Positions 56,669 through 59,031 of a DNA stretch of 59,031 bases are shown piece after piece. The translations under genes and the position numbers were made by a program. Every line of letters starts with the position of its first letter. Within the stretch, counting starts at the first letter, position 1. Origin of the DNA: Solirubrobacteraceae bacterium (lineage in GTDB: Bacteria; Actinomycetota; Thermoleophilia; Solirubrobacterales; Solirubrobacteraceae); assembly GCA_035515315.1 (NCBI GenBank), contig DATJBO010000072.1, positions 1 through 59,031 of the forward strand. The letters are read 5' to 3'. The notes under the pieces are model-generated. The model was not told where the DNA came from, did not search any database, and saw nothing but the letters and a program-made list of their open reading frames with translations.

Positions 56669-58693
56669 TCAGCTCTGCAGCAGGAAGTAGAAGCCCACGC
56701 CGGCCACCCCCACGATCAGCAGCGCGGCGTAGTAGCGCACGAAGCCGGTCTGCACGGCGCGCACCGCGGCCGAGCCGGCGCGCACGATCCCGGTGGTCCC
56801 GCCGATCAGCGTCTCGTCGACGAACGCGCGCTCGAAGGTGTTCTTCGCGAACGCCCCGGCGGCCGCCGCCGGGCGCACCACGACGGCGTCGATCAGCTCG
56901 TTGAAGTACCACGCATGGCTGAGCAGCTCATACAGCCCGTGCAGCCGCTCGCGCACCACCGTCGAGGTGCCCGGCCTGACCACCCACACGCGGTGCGCGA
57001 TCGCGATCCCGATCAGCGCCAGCACGGTGCCGAGCCCGAGGCCGAACACGAGCAGACCTTCTTTGATCGGCTCTTCGTAGTCGGCCGTGTTCTGGAACGA
57101 GCCGCGCAGGAAGGTCGTGATCACGGTGTCGACCTTCGGGATCTGGACGAGCCCGGCCCCGATCGCCCCGGCCGCCAGCACGACCATCGCGACCGCCATC
57201 GGCCAGGCTCGTTCGGCGATCGCGTGCGTCGGGCCGGGGAAGCCGACGTCGAGGTCCTCCTGTTCGCCGCTGTCCGGGTTGAAGGGGAACGGCGCGTGGT
57301 GCTGGTGGCCTTCTTCCAGCTCCCGCGCCTCCGGGACGGGCTCGCCGTGGAAGGCCCGGAAGATCATCCGGAAGGTGTAGATCGCGGTCAGCAGCGCCGC
57401 CAGGTAGCCGATCCCGTACAGCGCCCAGTGCCAGCCGCCGCGCTCGCCGGTCTCGAGCAGGATGTCGTCCTTCGAGAAGAACCCCGAGAAGGGCGGCACC
57501 CCCGACAGCGCCAGCCCGCCGATCAGGAAGCACCCGTAGGTGAAGGGCATCACCTTGCGGAAGCCGCCCATGCGGTCGAGCGATTGCTCCCCGGCCATCG
57601 CCCCGATCAGCGAGCCGGCCCCCATGAACAGCAGCGCCTTGAAGAAGGCGTGGGTCATCAGGTGGAACAGCCCGGCGGCGTAGGCGCCGACGGAGACGCC
57701 CATGATCATGTAGCCGATCTGCGACATCGTCGAGTACGCGATCACGCGCTTGACGTCGGTCTGCACGAGCGCGATCGTGGCGGCGATCAGCAGCGTCGCG
57801 CAGCCGACCGCGGCGCCCACGTCCTGGGCCGCGGGGGCGCGTTCGAACAGCGGGTGCATACGCGCGATCAGGTACACGCCGGCGGTCACCATCGTGGCCG
57901 CGTGGATCAACGCGCTGACCGGTGTGGGACCCTCCATCGCGTCGGGAAGCCAGGTGTGCAGCGGGATCTGGGCCGACTTCGCGAACGCCCCCACCAGCAG
58001 CAGCACGCACCCGGCCACGAGGTCGCCGTTGTTGCTCGCGTGCACCCCCCCGAACGCCCCCGCTTCGGTCGCGTGGAAGCTCTTCAACAAGTCAAGCGTG
58101 CCGGTGTGCTTGAAGATGAAATACGTCCCGAGCACGAGCCCGACGTCGCCGATGACGTTGATCACGAACGCCTTGATCCCAGCGGTCGTCGCGGTCGTGC
58201 GCCGGTACCAGAACGAGATCAGCAGATAGGAGGCGGCGCCCACGAACGCCCAGCCGACGATCAGCAGCAGGAAGTTGCCGGCGAGCACCAGCAGCAGCAT
58301 CGAGAAGACGAAGAAGTTCAGGTAGGAGAAGTAGCGAACGAAGCCGCGGTCACCCTCCATGTAGGAGACCGAGTACAGGTGGATCAGCGTCGAGATGCCG
58401 CTGACGACGAGGATCATGAACACCGACACGGGATCCACGAGAATCGACATCTGCGCGTCGATCCCCACCGTCGAGGCGTAGTTCCAAAGCGAGGAAACGA
58501 GCTCGCGGTGGCCAGAGGAATGCCCCTGCAGCGAGATCAGCGCGCCGAGCGCGCAAACGAACGCCAGAAAGATCGCCCCCGTGCCGATCCACCCAGCCAA
58601 ACGTCCCGGCAACCGCCGAAACCCGAGCGCAGTAATGAGCGTGCCGGCAAGCGGGAACGCCAGCACCAGCCAACCCCAAGTAGTCGTGCTCAA
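56669..58693 (-). CDS. nuoL: NADH-quinone oxidoreductase subunit L
   Basis: KSAQIPLHTWLPDAMEGPTPVSALIHAATMVTAG, THAFFKALLF, SGFFSKD. Confidence 0.96.
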   Translation of the reverse strand: MSTTTWGWLVLAFPLAGTLITALGFRRLPGRLAGWIGTGAIFLAFVCALGALISLQGHSSGHRELVSSLWNYASTVGIDAQMSILVDPVSVFMILVVSGISTLIHLYSVSYMEGDRGFVRYFSYLNFFVFSMLLLVLAGNFLLLIVGWAFVGAASYLLISFWYRRTTATTAGIKAFVINVIGDVGLVLGTYFIFKHTGTLDLLKSFHATEAGAFGGVHASNNGDLVAGCVLLLVGAFAKSAQIPLHTWLPDAMEGPTPVSALIHAATMVTAGVYLIARMHPLFERAPAAQDVGAAVGCATLLIAATIALVQTDVKRVIAYSTMSQIGYMIMGVSVGAYAAGLFHLMTHAFFKALLFMGAGSLIGAMAGEQSLDRMGGFRKVMPFTYGCFLIGGLALSGVPPFSGFFSKDDILLETGERGGWHWALYGIGYLAALLTAIYTFRMIFRAFHGEPVPEARELEEGHQHHAPFPFNPDSGEQEDLDVGFPGPTHAIAERAWPMAVAMVVLAAGAIGAGLVQIPKVDTVITTFLRGSFQNTADYEEPIKEGLLVFGLGLGTVLALIGIAIAHRVWVVRPGTSTVVRERLHGLYELLSHAWYFNELIDAVVVRPAAAAGAFAKNTFERAFVDETLIGGTTGIVRAGSAAVRAVQTGFVRYYAALLIVGVAGVGFYFLLQS

Positions 58694-58989
58694 CCCTGCA
58701 GCTCCCTCAGCTCGTCCACATCAATCGGCAACCGCTGACGGTAGATCGCCACGATCATCCCCAGCCCGATGCAAACCTCGCACGCAGCCACCGTCATCAC
58801 CACGATCGCCATGATCTGCCCATCCCCATTCCCCCACATACGCGAGAAAGCGATCAGCGCAAGGTTCGCCCCGTTGAGCATCAGCTCCAAACAAAGCAAC
58901 ACCACCAGCGGGTTGCGCCGCGTCATCACCCCAAGCGCACCCACCGCGAACACGATCGCCGAGACCGCCAAATACCAGTCAATGCTCAC
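58690..58989 (-). CDS. nuoK: NADH-quinone oxidoreductase subunit K
   Basis: RRN...LELMLNGAN, VAACEV.IGL; 99 aa; position in the operon. Confidence 0.95.
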   Translation of the reverse strand: MSIDWYLAVSAIVFAVGALGVMTRRNPLVVLLCLELMLNGANLALIAFSRMWGNGDGQIMAIVVMTVAACEVCIGLGMIVAIYRQRLPIDVDELRELQG

Positions 58990-59031
58990 GGCCGGTACCT
59001 CGATCCACCCTCGTGCAGCACAAGGCTCCCG
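58986..59031 (-). CDS. Probable C-terminal tail of NuoJ (truncated by window edge)
   Basis: Open frame ending in TGA overlapping the nuoK GTG; identity inferred only from operon order. Confidence 0.4.
   Translation of the reverse strand, partial: GSLVLHEGGSRYRP

Overview
High-GC actinobacterial DNA; the gene repertoire and protein style suggest Solirubrobacterales/Thermoleophilia (inference). About 53 real genes are supportable, and most long ORFs in the track are antisense or alternate-frame shadows. In order: a truncated class III adenylate cyclase; secreted/surface proteins; a decayed SnoaL gene; a membrane HD-GYP phosphodiesterase preceded by a c-di-GMP-I riboswitch; an Mn/Cu homeostasis block (mntR-mntH, membrane wHTH protein, FedB-like membrane protein, small RPPP-ending ORF, WHDH protein, CopCD, YcnI, SCO); metabolic genes (class III aminotransferase, PhlG-like hydrolase + FAD oxidase, SigG-like ECF, deleted cysteine dioxygenase, badH-badI-like pair); a 22-bp tandem array before a two-component locus; a lactone oxidase/DSD1/M28 trio; a stand-alone arylsulfotransferase next to an MFS transporter fused to a second arylsulfotransferase; BVMO and small oxidoreductases; a MacB/FtsX ABC transporter; an M3 oligopeptidase; and the 3' end of the nuo operon. 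I saw no rRNA, tRNA, CRISPR array or transposase. Best novelty candidates are the MFS-arylsulfotransferase fusion locus, a possible arrest-peptide leader in front of the copper operon, and the riboswitch-controlled HD-GYP protein. All family calls come from motif recognition by eye; no searches were run.
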